From positions 1-34,737 of the forward strand of contig NIVC01004805.1 in assembly GCA_002269645.1 (NCBI GenBank): 34,737 bases of DNA. Reading direction: 5' to 3'. The first letter of the stretch is position 1, and every line of letters starts with the position of its first letter. The notes under the pieces are model-generated. The model had not been told where the DNA came from, ran no database searches, and saw nothing but the letters and a program-made list of their open reading frames with translations. This DNA is from Macrostomum lignano (Eukaryota). The translations under genes and the position numbers were made by a program. Positions 23,101-34,737 of this stretch are shown here, piece by piece.

Positions 23101-26100
23101 CAAATAACTCTACTGGAAAGAGTAGTATCATTCAACTGTCCAATAAATTTATAAGCAACTATCTCTACAGAAAGAATACGTCTTAAGAATGATAAAGAGA
23201 CACGGAGTGCTGTCTTGAAGAAGCTGCAAAGGCTGTAAACCAATTACCGGTTCCAGACACAAAAGTGACAGGTGCGCGCTAAAAATAAAACCAAAAGCTT
23301 TACCATCGCTGATTATGTGAAAGCCGCGCTTCTGAGACTCGGCAGTCAGAATTTCGGCAAACAGCTGCATTGCCCGCTGGCCTGGGGGGCGATCGCGGCT
23401 TCATTGTAAGCTTGCCTAACAGGCCATCAGCTGACTCTGCCTACACTGGTGCTGCGAGCGGGCCCAGCAACTGAGGATCTGGGGGGTTGGCCCAGCAACT
23501 GAGGATCTGGGGGTTGGCCCAGCAACTGAGGATCTGGGGGGTTGGCCCAGCAACTGAGGATCTGGGAGGCTGGCCCAGCAACTGAGGATCTGGGAGACTG
23601 GCCCAGCAACTGAGGATCTGGGGGGTTGGCCCAGCAACTGAGCATCTAAGAGGCTGGCCCAGCAACTGAGGATCTGGGGGGTTGGCCCAGCAACTGAGCA
23701 TCTAAGAGGCTGGCCCAGCAACTGAGCATCTAAGAGGCTGGCCCAGCAACTGAGCATCTAAGAGGCTGGCCCAGCAACTGAGGATCTGGGAGACTGGCCC
23801 AGCAACTGAGCATCTAAGAGGCTGGCCCAGCAACTGAGGATCTGGGGGGTTGGCCCAGCAACTGAGGATCTAGGAGGCTGGCCCAGCAACTGAGAATCTG
23901 GGAGGCTGGCCCAGCAACTGAGGATCTGGGAGACTGGCCCAGCAACTGAGGATCTGGGAGGCTGGCCCAGCAACTGAGGATCTGGGAGACTGGCCCAGCA
24001 ACTGAGGATCTGGGGGGTTGGCCCAGCAACTGAGGATCTGGGAGGCTGGCCCAGCAACTGAGGTTCTGGGAGGCTGGCCCAGCAACTGAGGTTCTGGGAG
24101 GCTGGCCCAGCAACTGAAAATCTGGGAGGCTGGCTCAGCAACTGAGGTTCTGGGAGGCTGGCTCATCAACTGAGGATCTGGGAGGCTGGCCCAGCAACTG
24201 AGGATCTGGGAGGCTGGCCCAGCAACTGAGGATCTGGGAGGCTGGCCAGCAACTGAGGTTCTGGGAGGCTGGCCCAGCAACTGAGGTTCTGGGAGGCTGG
24301 CCCAGCAACTGAAAATCTGGGAGGCTGGCTCAGCAACTGAGGTTCTGGGAGGCTGGCTCATCAACTGAGGATCTGGGAGGCTGGCCAGCAACTGAGGATC
24401 TGGGAGGCTGGCCCAGCAACTGAGGATCTGAGAACAAGGAATTAGCGTAAAACCCCCCAAGAAAAGCCGGTGCTTAAGTCAAAGTCCATCTACAAAATCC
24501 ATCTACTACAAGAGCCTTGAGTAAACTACTCAAAGTCATTTCAGAGAAAAAACACACAAGAGGTCAAGTGGACCCGCCAGACCCAGTAAGTGCACGCAGC
24601 CATCTATCTTGATTATTTGCAGAGCTAACTTTCTTCATCCTTGTCCTGTCTCTCTCGAAGCCCCCCCCCGTGACACTAAAGACACAGCCGCCCAGCTGTC
24701 GGGGGCAAGAAGCTTAGGACAGATAGAGAAGATTAAAGAAAGCACTTTTAATATCGAGCTGTTTACATCGGAGATAGGAGAGTTTATTATGCCTTACAAT
24801 CTATTTCTCGAGCAGCAAGATGTACTAATAAAGTCCAGATAATTGAGTAGATTCGCGTCCCCGTTTCGTGAAATCTTTACAAGTCAATTTGGGCGGCTGT
24901 CAAAAGCAGGGCAAAAACAGAATTTTCTTCCTTTGGACTTCATAAGTCTGCCGCATTTTTAACCTGCCCGAGTGGCCCTGGCTGGTATATTTTTGTATTT
25001 TTTGTTTTGATGGACAAAATTTTTGCGACCAGACGTCATTTTGTTAAAAAAGGAAAACTGTCGGATCCCCGAGAGAAGGCCGTCTGTGTCTTTTTCTTCA
25101 AACCCTTGTGCGTTTCATTGTGTAGCAAACTGCAGGACGCACGAACAGTATTCAAATTGTAGCGGGAAATCCATCAGCAGGGGGTGTGGCTGGGGGCAGG
25201 GAGAAAGGAGATGAAGGAAAAAGGTTGGGGGGTGAAGAGAGAGAGATGAAGGGAGAGAGATGAGGGAGCTAGATGGAGAGCTAGATGAAGGGAGATGGAT
25301 GAGGGGAGAGAGATGAAGGGAGATGGATGAGGGAGCTAGATGAAGGGAGATGGATGAGGGAGAGAGATGAAGGGAGATGGATGAGGGACAGAGATCAAGG
25401 GAGAGAGATAAAGGGAGATGGATGAGGGAGCTAGATGAAGGGAGAGAGGTGAAGGGAGAGAGGTGAAGGGAGAGAGATGAAGGGAGAGAGATGAAGGGAG
25501 AGAGATGAAGGGAGAGAGATGAAGGGAGAGAGATGAAGGGAGAGAGATGAAGGGAGAGAGATGAATGGAGAAAGATGAAGGGAGAAGGGTGAAAGGAGAG
25601 AGATGAAAGGAGAAGGGTGAAGGGAGAGGGATGAAGGGAGAAGGGTGAAGGAAGAAAGATGAAGGTAGAAGGGTAAAGAAAGAGAGATGAAGGGAGAAGG
25701 GTGAAGGAGAGGAATGCAGGGAGAGGGATGAAGTGAGAGGGTGAAGCGAGAGTATGTGATGTAGAGTGTGAAAAAAAGCATTTCTAATTAAATAGGCAAG
25801 GTTTATTTTGTCGCCTAATCTCCTAAATATCCTGTCTGTTTCAGAATTAATGAAATAGAGTGTTGGCACAGAAAAAAAGAAGAAAGAAACTTACGAGACA
25901 TGCTGGGCGGGTAGCTGACCTCGTAGGCGTACAGTTGGCTGCGGTTGATGGAGGTGCCGGTGGTGCTGGTGAAGTACTCAATCAGCTCAGAGCCGAACAG
26001 GTCCTCGGAAGCGAATCCGGAGATCAGCAGCTCCATCACTTTTGAGGCGCGTTCCACCTTAATATAGGGGATATAGAATTATTATTATTACTGTAGATTA

Positions 26101-29100
26101 TCTCCTACAGTATCTAACTGGTAGGGGTCAGGTGACGTCCTACAGTATCTGACTATTAGGGGTCACGTGACCTCCTACAGTATCTGACTATTAGGGGTCA
26201 CGTGACCTCCTACAGTATCTGACTATTAGGGGTCACGTGACCTCCTACAGTATCTGACTATTAGGGGTCACGTGACCTCCTACAGTATCTGACTATTAGG
26301 GGTCAGGTGACCTCCTACAGTATCTGGCAATTAGGGGGTCAGGTGACCTCTACAGTATCTGACTATTAGGGGTCTCGTGACCTCTACAGTATCTGACTAC
26401 TAGGGGTCAGGTGACCTCCTACAGTATCTGACTAATAGTGGTCGAGTGATCTCTTAAGCTCAGCCCAGTGAGTATTTCTGAATAACCAAACGCCTTACTT
26501 TTCTAGGATCGTCTGTGCACGAGTGGAACATTGAACCGGCAACGCTCTTGGCGACAGCCTCCACGGACATGGAGTTCACGTCGGTGTGGTAGATCATGCG
26601 GAACCAGATGCCGAATAGCAGGGCCAGAAGCTGCTGCACTGCCAGGGGCTGACTGGCAATCACCCTGCGATTGGGGGGGGGGCGGATGGAGTAGCATTAA
26701 AAGCAATGTTGACCCTGATAAACCTCTTGGGGTCACGTGATCTCAAATGGACTACTGGGGGGGGTCAGGTGACCTCCTATGGACTACTCGGGGTTAGGTG
26801 ACCTCCGATGGACTACTGGGGGTCAGGTGACCTCCTATGGACTACTCGGGGTTAGGTGACCTCCGATGAACTACTGGGGGGTCAGGTGACTTTCGATTGA
26901 CTACTGGAGGTCAAAGGACCAGAGGTCAGGTGACCTCCAATGGATTTATGGGGGGTTGAGTTAACTTCGACAGACTCCTAGGGGATCAAGTGACCTCCTA
27001 CTGACTACTAGGGCCCAGTGACCTCTAGGGGCGTGGCAGATGACCTCAGGCAGAAGCCTACATTGAAAGCCAAGCCTACCCAAATCAATATAAAGATGAC
27101 TCAAAGCTCATAGTCTTGCAAGTCTTCTTGTTTTCGATTGCTAAGCAGGAAGGCTACGGAATAATAACATTGGCTAAACGAGGTCAAAAGATGATGCTGC
27201 ATCCGGGCAGCTGGGCCGTGACCTTTGCAGGAGAATACAACACAGTCAATTCACCTCATGATAAATATGGCAAAGCCTGGGCCTGCAGAATCTAGTTTGG
27301 CATCCCAATAATAGATGACGCAATCGCTTGGAATTGCCACAGCTTTTCCAGGAAACCGATTACGTAATAGCAACAGCGCGCTATATTCTTTCTACAATAA
27401 AACCCCCCCCCCTCAAGATACTCTATTGGTTCTATGCTGTCAAACTCCACTGCTTCATCCTCATTGCCGCTTGCTTCGTTAAGTTTCTACCGCGCGGGAG
27501 CTTCAAGGGCTGTTGAGAAGAACAATTCCCGAGGAGCAATGCAGTGAGATAAGATACTGCCATCGGATCCTCATAGGAAGCCAGCTCATTAACTGAGAAG
27601 ACGATAACGCAGGTCTACCGTATGGCAAGAGGCCTGTGAAACCACAATAGCTCTGAGGCCCCACCCTTAACGTTCTCGGGTTTCCGCCAGCTAGGAGGGT
27701 GCCGTAGCTCCCAAACCCCAATTTATTGTAGCAAAGAAAAGGCGTAGCCAGGAACACCCTACCTGTGTTCATCAATCAGGCTTTTTAGGCATTTTGCTAG
27801 AAAGCAAATGCAAGAAACTCATCCGTTTTCTGCCTTCGAATACTGTTTATTAATATACAACACAAAGTGTACATAGCGGGGCCCAGATAAGAAACACATA
27901 ATGTATATCAGGGGTAGGACCGAGATAACACAGAATGTACATCAGGGATAGGACCGAGATAACACGGAATGTACATTGGGGAGAGGGCCGAGATAACACG
28001 GAATGTATACATTCGGGAGAGGGACGAGATAACACGGAATGTACATTGGGGAGAGGGACGAGATAACACGGAATGTACATTGGGGAGAGGGCCGAGATAA
28101 CACGGAATGTACATTGGAGAGAGGGCTGAGATAACACGGAATGTACATTATGGAGAGGGCTGAGATAACACGGAATGTACATTGGGGGGGAGGGCTGAGA
28201 TAACTCGGAATGTACATTGGGGGGGGGGACTGAGATAACTCGGAATGTACATTGGGGGGGAGGGACGAGATAACTCGAAATGAAAGCACAGTAAAGTTGA
28301 ACAGACTTGGATTAAGACCGCAAGAATATTTTGAATTATAATACTAATGATATTTAATTACACCTGCCCTAATAGGCAGATGTACAACCGACAGCTCTGC
28401 CGCAGCCATTGCGCGTAGCATCTGAAGGCTGCGTACGGCTGTTCAGTCCAAGGACTGGGGGGGGGGGTCGCCACACACCCTCAATTACCCCAGCTAATGC
28501 TGGCACCCATTTTACAGCTGGGTGAATTGAAGCAATTTCAGTGTTTTGCTCAAAGACACAAATTGTTCCGAGTGGGTCGAGAATCGAACCCCCGACCTTT
28601 CAATCGTCATATAAATATTGAATGCAATATGAAAATTTCGGCAGCAAAAGTCTCACAGGCATCTAGAGCCAATTTAATTAAAGTCAGAGAAACTATTGCC
28701 GTATATTATTAATGTGGAAACGGGAAATCATATTAATTAACTATGCCACCAAAAAATGCTACCTTAAAAGGTATGCGATACAGAAAGAGAGAGATTTTCT
28801 CTCTAACGAACACCCACGTTGTTAGGTAACCAGAAGTGGAGAGAAGCTACATTAGTTAAGCATACGGGTACGGTAGATCTATCAGAGCTGAAGTCTCCGC
28901 CAGGTGCAGCTCTGTTATCTGCATATGGACTGCTAAGCGAACTTATTGAATCTTTCACAGAATATTTAAATCTAAAATGTACATTCACGAATCTGTCAGA
29001 CGAGGCCAGCTTTAGTTTGCGGTTTAAATCAAGCGAAATTATGCTAATAAAGTTTTATAATTCAGTTTATTAAACTAGTGTGAACATAAACCTGCGAATG

Positions 29101-30633
29101 CTTGGCTAAAACCAGACACGATAAGTAAAACTGGTGACCTCAATGAACTTCACATTTCTCCTTAGATCTTCTTCTAACTTCACTGCCTTGCTGGTCAATG
29201 TTATAAACAGTTGTGTTTGGATTTCTGACACAAACCTGCAGCAATTCTTGGCACGCTAAAGCGGCCGAAGCGGTGGGCGGGCGGCGGTGACGGCCCAGGT
29301 TAGAAAGTGAAGATTCAGCCAAACTAAAGCAATCTAGTCTAGTCTAGGCTTAAGCACCCCAGCAGTTCACACAGCAAACCACACAATGACGCAAATCTTA
29401 GCATCATTGCCTGATGCTGGGGAACGAGCTAAATTGACAGGCACAGCCCCCACATGCTGATTCAAACAGGCTGCAGATGGTGTTGAGATATTTTAGCAAA
29501 CAAGTTGAAGCGCGTTAAATTGAACTCGAAACTTGAAAATATTAGATTTTTTGTCTAAGTTCCAGGGAATAACTAGATTAGGGGAATGTCTACCTTCGGG
29601 AAACTACTAGATTAGGGGAATGTATTACTTTTGGGGAATAACTAGAATAGGGGAATGTCCACCTTCGGGAAACTACTAGATTAGGGGAATGTATTACTTT
29701 TGGGGAATAACTAGATTAGGGGAATGTATTACTTTTGGGGAATAACTAGATTAGGGGAATGTCTACATTCGGGGAATTACTAGATTGGGGGACTTAATTA
29801 CCTTCAGGGAACTACTAGTTTAAAGAATGGTTATACCTTCGGGGAACTACTAGAGTAGGGGAATGTCTACCCTCGGGGAACTACTAAATTAGGGGAATGC
29901 CTACATTCGGGGAATTACTAGATTAGGGGAATGTCTACCTTGGAGGAATTACTAAATTAATGGAATGCCTACATTCGGGGAATTACTAGATTGGGAAACT
30001 TAATTACATTAAAAAACTACTAGATTAGGGGAATGTCTAGTTTTGGGGAATAACTAGATGGGTAATTACGCTCCTACACTATGAGTATTGTAGCCCTTGG
30101 CTTGGTAAGGTTTTATCAATAATTTCTGTCTGCCTCAATCAAACTAATGCCAACGTAACACATTTCAAACTGTGTACTAACCGCAACCAGCTTTGCTTAA
30201 CTCTCGCTCACCCGTGCATGATCCGGACCCGGTGCTCGTGCGAATCGCCACCAGCGCCGACGTCCAGCGCGCCAAGCAGGGTCGCCTCGCCAGTCTTGCC
30301 GAACACTCCGTCGGGAATGGCCAGCAAGAACTTCTTGGCCACGTTGGCCACCGTCCAGAAGTTGTAGTCGGACCAGTCCACTGGCCGGCCCTCCGCCAGG
30401 CATTTGATAATTTTGCGCATCTGCACCGGGTTGCCGGGCCGGCGGAACAAGTCGCAGACTGCAACTCCATCGCGGGCGATGTGGATCAGCAGGTCGCGCA
30501 GCGGCGGCGGCAGGGGGCCGGAGCCGAACACCTGACCGGCTGGCTGGCCAAATTTTAGTCGACTAGACGAGATTCGCCGATGGCCCTGACGTCTGTCGCT
30601 GACGCAGGAGAAGAGCGAACGGATGATGGACAT
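19640..30633 (-). CDS. Rho GTPase-activating protein (N-terminal RhoGAP domain, low-complexity Q/P-rich C-terminus), 7 coding exons, 566 aa
   Basis: Exons 30633-30212, 26664-26499, 26057-25895, 23381-23304, 22328-22042, 21480-21388 and 20131-19640. All introns are GT-AG with matching phases (2,0,1,1,0,0); total 1701 nt from ATG to TAG. RhoGAP motifs: arginine finger DLFRRPGN, VANVAKKFLLAIPDGVFG, LLALLFGIW, NSMSVEAVAKSVAGSMF. Confidence 0.88.
20172..20990. mobile_element. Dispersed repeat, copy 2, with an expanded G-rich minisatellite (about 20295-20900), in RhoGAP intron 6
   Basis: Same flanks as 2805-3235; the array is about three times longer. Confidence 0.75.
22432..22640. repeat. Degenerate ~38-bp tandem repeat (CTATTTTTAGAACCGAAGCTTGTACATGACGTCAGATG-like)
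   Basis: The ctattt(t)tagaa core recurs about every 38 bp; TGACGTCA is at 22461-22468. Confidence 0.75.
23461..24430. repeat. 28-bp minisatellite (GGCCCAGCAACTGAGGATCTGGGAGGCT)n in RhoGAP intron 3
   Basis: Direct reading; it explains ORFs 23416-24460. Confidence 0.97.
25200..25745. repeat. Purine-rich ~14-bp repeat (GATGAAGGGAGAGA)n in RhoGAP intron 3
   Basis: Direct reading. Confidence 0.93.
25895..26057 (-). CDS. RhoGAP gene exon 3
   Basis: ttaag|VERASKVMELLISGF...PSMS C|GTAAGT. Confidence 0.85.
26100..26455. repeat. 35-bp minisatellite containing the palindrome GGTCACGTGACC, filling RhoGAP intron 2
   Basis: Exact palindromes at 26161, 26196, 26231 and 26266 (35-bp spacing); GGTCAGGTGACC variants elsewhere. 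Confidence 0.95.
26499..26664 (-). CDS. RhoGAP gene exon 2
   Basis: cgcag|G GTG ATT...VQQLLALLFGIWFRMIYHTDVNSMSVEAVAKSVAGSMF...AAA|GTAAGG. Confidence 0.88.
26725..27030. repeat. Related degenerate minisatellite (GGGGTCAGGTGACCTCC-ATGGACTACT) on the other side of exon 2
   Basis: Shares the GGTCAGGTGACCTCC core with 26100-26455. Confidence 0.85.
27905..28280. repeat. ~34-bp minisatellite (GAGATAACACGGAATGTACATTGGGGAGAGGGAC)n
   Basis: Direct reading. Confidence 0.93.
28468..28606 (-). mobile_element. tRNA-headed SINE, copy 2 (head truncated after the B box)
   Basis: ccacacaccctcaattaccccagctaatgctggcacccattttacagct is identical to copy 1, followed by gagaatcgaacc. Confidence 0.8.
29565..30060. 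repeat. ~34-bp minisatellite (ACTAGATTAGGGGAATGTCTACCTTCGGGAAACT)n near the exon 1 donor
   Basis: Direct reading. Confidence 0.93.
30212..30633 (-). CDS. RhoGAP gene exon 1 (start codon, arginine finger)
   Basis: MSIIRSLFSC...LFRRPGNPVQMRKII...KKFLLAIPDGVFG; donor GG|GTGAGC. Confidence 0.9.
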
Positions 30634-31301
30634 TGCGAGGTTTGGGGCAGACGCAATCTTACTGTTTCTTGTCTTGGATTCGAAGCAATTGCCTGCTCAG
30701 CTGCTCTCAGTGAGCAAAAGGCATCAAAGTGCATATAATCGAAAATATAATTAATAGTATTAACAGTAAGTGCATATTAACATAAAATATGTTTCAGTAG
30801 TTAAATAAATAGGATATAGAGAATAATAAACTTATGGTAAGTTACTAGATTATACGTTTACAGTATAAGACCCAGTTAACTTGAGGCTTATATATATAAT
30901 CTGAACAATCTGGCCAATTCTTAACGCAAATTATATATGTACTTGCCAACTTGAAATTGGCTAAAAGAGATAGCATGTATCTGACTAAAGATATATCTGC
31001 TATCTCTAGCAAAAAAATTATTCTTTTTTTAAATTAAAAAAGTATCACTTTTTTACACAAATTGTTAGCTTCTAGGTGATTAATGTTAACTTATAGATTT
31101 CTATATTAGTCATAAATAATCATCAAGGTAGAATAATCTCTAAGAAGCAAGTTTAAAAATAAAAAATCATAGCTATTCTAAATAGTTTTTTAAGTAATAA
31201 GTAATTTATAGCCTTGTAGACAAAATGAACTACCTGTATATGATTCTTTAAAACATAATTCTTATATCTAAAAATTATAAATTAAACTCTTGGCATTTTC
31301 T

Positions 31302-31488
31302 CAGTGGCGCAACCAGGGGGGAGGGGGGTCGCCCCCCCCCCCCTTAGGCGGGGAACCGAAAAAAAATCAAAGGGGGGACCAAGTGAATTTTCGCCAAAAA
31401 CAGAGCCACCCCTCTGCCGCCCCCCCTCCCGGGACTTTACCCTCAGAATCCGCCCCCCCCCCTTGAAAAATTTCTGGTTGCGCTACTG
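31302..31488. mobile_element. hAT-type MITE, 187 bp, 8-bp TSD CATTTTCT
   Basis: TSD at 31294-31301 and 31489-31496; 15-bp TIRs CAGTGGCGCAACCAG / CTGGTTGCGCTACTG with one mismatch; a GC-rich island in AT-rich DNA. Confidence 0.93.
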
Positions 31489-32399
31489 CATTTTCTGTAT
31501 AAGAAGCAGTGTATTATATTTAAATAATAATTAGTTGAAAATGAGATCCATTATCTAGATACAAAATGATTAAATTAAAAATGCTACAGTAACTAGTAAT
31601 TCTAGCATAATATCTTCTGCTTTACTACAGTAAACACCTAAGCCTGAGACAAATAGTTGCATCAATAGCAAAGTAGAATCACTTTGATAGTTTATTAAAA
31701 AAAGAAAAGCAAAACAGAAATTTCTCTTGTTTGAAACACGTAAGCTGGTTCACCTTTTCTAAACTAATAACGCTTTTACATAGCACATCCTAATAAAAAC
31801 AGTTAATAACTATCACCAAAGTCGATGGCTGACCATGCACGATGAAGCATAGTCACAAATCGAATCCCGAAAACAAATATAAACTAGGTTAGGCTAGCAG
31901 TATTGGCAAGTGAGTAAAAAATAAACATAAAAGTATCAGGAAGATGACAATTATTTTTAACTGCTTAGTTTTTTTAGTAGATTCGACAATTCGATGGACC
32001 GTGGAACCTTACTTAATAAATTCAGCTTCATTTCGGTTAACTTTTCGGAAATTGCATCTTGGAAACAAGGAAATTGTATTAGTCAAAATGTGTTAATCTA
32101 AAAAACGAAATTCTTTTTGCTTTTAAACTTAAGTAATTAAAAAAACTTTAAGCAGTCAAATTTTATTTTTTAAACTTTCTTTTCTAGCAAAAATGTTTTG
32201 AGCACATATAAGTTTTGTTTAACAGAAGTAAATGTTAAAAACCCGATTTGACAGTCAAAAGTTCATAGTTCGACACTGATGTACGACTAACGACATTAAT
32301 AAAATGCTAGCTTCCTCACTTTCACTTTTTCGCCTTTCGATTAATTCAAAAAATGAGAAATAAAATGAAAGCATCTTGTCTTGTTTCACTTCCTTCTCT

Positions 32400-32535
<136 letters not shown>

Positions 32536-33995
32536 ATATATTTCATGAGCGCGATTTTCTTTAATTTATATTCTACATCTTCAGCACTACTTTAATGCTG
32601 TAACAAAACAAACAAAGTCTAGTTATAAAAAAATATCAGTTTAAAGCTGTGCGCTTTTCAAGTCTTTAATGCATAAAAGTAATTCTGAAATCAAATTATA
32701 ATGTGCGCCGGTACATGAATGTAAAAAAATCGTAGCACACGACAGGACTGGTTCACTCAAAATTTGTTTACTTAGTTCAACGGAATTCGCTGCTTAGCCG
32801 GTGTTTCGTTTTTGCTTAAATTGATTGACAATAGATGCGGATTACAATTTGCATGATCATCCCGACTATAAACGTTGGCTAATACGCAAACACTGAACAT
32901 GAAAAAATGTCTAGATCAAGCACGTCTTCTACATAGATGGTATAGTCAAAAATCTTCCTAATACTATAAAGTTTTTAATCGCTAGGTTTATTTTTAAACC
33001 AAGGACTACTCAAGTAACATATATCTACTTAAGTTGTCCTAATTGTTTTAAAGGCCCTTTCAAATCTGCCATTAAAATGTACATGTAAATTAGCACTGCA
33101 ATATGCTTCCTGTGTTGCGTTGCGGTGTTAAATTTCCTGCCAAACTCACTTGAAGATCTGCGTGGGGGGGGGGGTCGTACAGCTCCATGCCAGTGAATCG
33201 AACCCTGACTCGATCAATTTATTCTATATATGGGCCAGACGCAAAAGCTGGGCCAGCTTTGTTGCTAAGTCGATCGTCTCCAAGAACGAATACGATAATT
33301 ATAGCTGAATCAAAGGTTTTTGCAGCCAACAGTTTCATTTCGAATTGACATTTGCTTCAAATTCTTTTGTTATTTTTTACCAGTCAAGTAACGAACCCTT
33401 GCAGCATGACTAATATTCCGGATTTGAGAATGTTTCTACTGCTGAGCTGCTTGATGCTGACAGGTACGATAAACCTCTTGGAATCAAGCTTACTTATGTA
33501 CAAAAACACCGTTAAAAGTTCATTGATTGCCGTAATTTCCATCTCAATAAACCGAAACCAGGCGCAGAGGCAGCCAAGCCGTCGGTTCTCATCAGCGGCG
33601 CATTTTACCACAGAAACTCCGGCACGAACCCGACCACCATTGAAATGTCGCAGAGCACTTCGAGTTGGCAGTTCGCCTGTCGTTGGATCCGAAGTAGCTC
33701 GAACGAGAATCCTGTCTTGGCAGTTGAAGCACCTGTGAGAATAATATTTATCTGTAATATTGTGCGGCTTCTTTTAGTAACTGTGACTAACTGCCCCCAC
33801 TGAGCCTTGAAATCACAAAAATTCTCTCCATGAGCCACAGCATTTCAACAATTCATACCCCATGATCCTTGATATCTCAGCAATTCCCACATTAGCATTG
33901 TGCAACAGAATTTTAGCAATTCCCCAATATGTGTCTTTTATAGCTGCACCCAAACCCTAACCTGACCTCGGGACTTTGCTACTCTGGGAGGCGTC

Positions 33996-34737
33996 TTTGT
34001 TGTTGTTGCTATTATTGTCGTCGTCGTCGTCGTCGTCGTCGTGTTGTTGTTGTTGTTGTTGTGTTGTTGTTTTGTTGTTGTTGTGTGTGGAATGCGGCTC
34101 CATCAGATGGGGACCCAATCGAGGGCACCCAGGAGCGCGCCACCGCGTGACCATCGGCCAGGTCGCTGAGGTTTTGCACTCCGTGCATGCGGCGAGTCGA
34201 GTCCAGGGCAGGACAGATCAGGATATGGAACTGGGTCACCTCGTCCCCGCACAGCCTACAGGCGGCCTCGTCGGTCGTCCCGATGCGCTTCTTATAATAA
34301 GCCGAAGCCGGACAGTGGCCTGCACGGACTTGCGAGACGAGGACTTCTGATTTCTGGGGCCGTCGTGGCAGGTAAGGCTCCCCGAGTAGACATCTTTCAG
34401 GTGTCCCTCCAGGACGGGCTGGTACCGGACGGACCTGCGCAGCAGACTCTTGACGCGGCTAGCGCTAGCGGAACGTGCTGTTGTGGCAGGCCGTGGCCCG
34501 TTTTGCCTCCCAATCGGCCAGCTCATTGCCGTCGACGCCCACGTGCCCGGGATCCACTGTATGGTGATAGCTGTGACCCGAGTAGCACTGCGAATGAGCC
34601 CTTGAGCTCCTCGAGCAGGATGTCGGTGGTGGTACAGTCGGACAGTCGGCTTGGATGGCACGAATAGCGGCCTGGCTGTCGGTTAGGATGGCAGCATTTG
34701 GCAGACCCTCCGTAAGGATGTCACCCAGGGCCATAGA
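33996..34737 (-). mobile_element. 3' end of an RNase H-containing non-LTR retrotransposon (I/Loa/R1-like group) with a (CAA)/(GAC) simple-repeat tail; continues beyond the window
   Basis: AILTDSQAAI; IQWIP/GHVGVDGNELADWEAKRA (frameshifted); HILICPAL (end of a CCHC-type finger); then a CAA/GAC-rich tract at about 33996-34084. Confidence 0.88.

Noticed and set aside
23461-30060. CRISPR-like appearance of the 28-35-bp repeats (also at 10968, 13936 and 14628)
   Set aside because: The units are head-to-tail with no unique spacers, there are no cas genes, and the context is eukaryotic introns. These are minisatellites.
30193-30558. Plus-strand ORFs opposite the RhoGAP, Ig and pol coding regions (also 7641-9410, 12284-12571, 19762-19971, 22169-22366)
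   Set aside because: These are antisense shadows of GC-rich coding sequence, with no motifs of their own.
33953-33963. Telomere-like AACCCTAACC next to the LINE tail
   Set aside because: It is under two units long, which is expected by chance.

Overview
This is eukaryotic (animal, invertebrate-like) genomic DNA: GC-rich exons with GT-AG introns, AT-rich spacers and many tandem repeats. The species cannot be determined from the sequence alone. Two host genes lie on the minus strand. (1) A complete 7-exon RhoGAP-domain gene (30633 to 19640, 566 aa by my phase-consistent splicing). (2) A multi-exon extracellular protein gene (about 16050 to 12066 or beyond) with an F5/8C or F-type-lectin-like domain followed by four tandem Ig-like domains that share an atypical cysteine pattern. 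The rest is mostly mobile DNA: a frameshifted, 5'-truncated CsRn1-clade-like Ty3/Gypsy element (about 7229-10740), two non-LTR retrotransposon fragments (RT at 1755-2803; RNase H and 3' tail at about 33996-34737), two copies of a tRNA-headed SINE, two hAT-type MITEs with 8-bp TSDs, and two dispersed repeat families that each carry an internal tandem repeat. There are also more than ten mini- or microsatellites. I found no CRISPR, rRNA or genuine tRNA genes, and I cannot claim a new biological system with confidence. The best novelty candidate is the lectin-like plus atypical-Ig protein. All family calls come from motif recognition by eye, not database searches.
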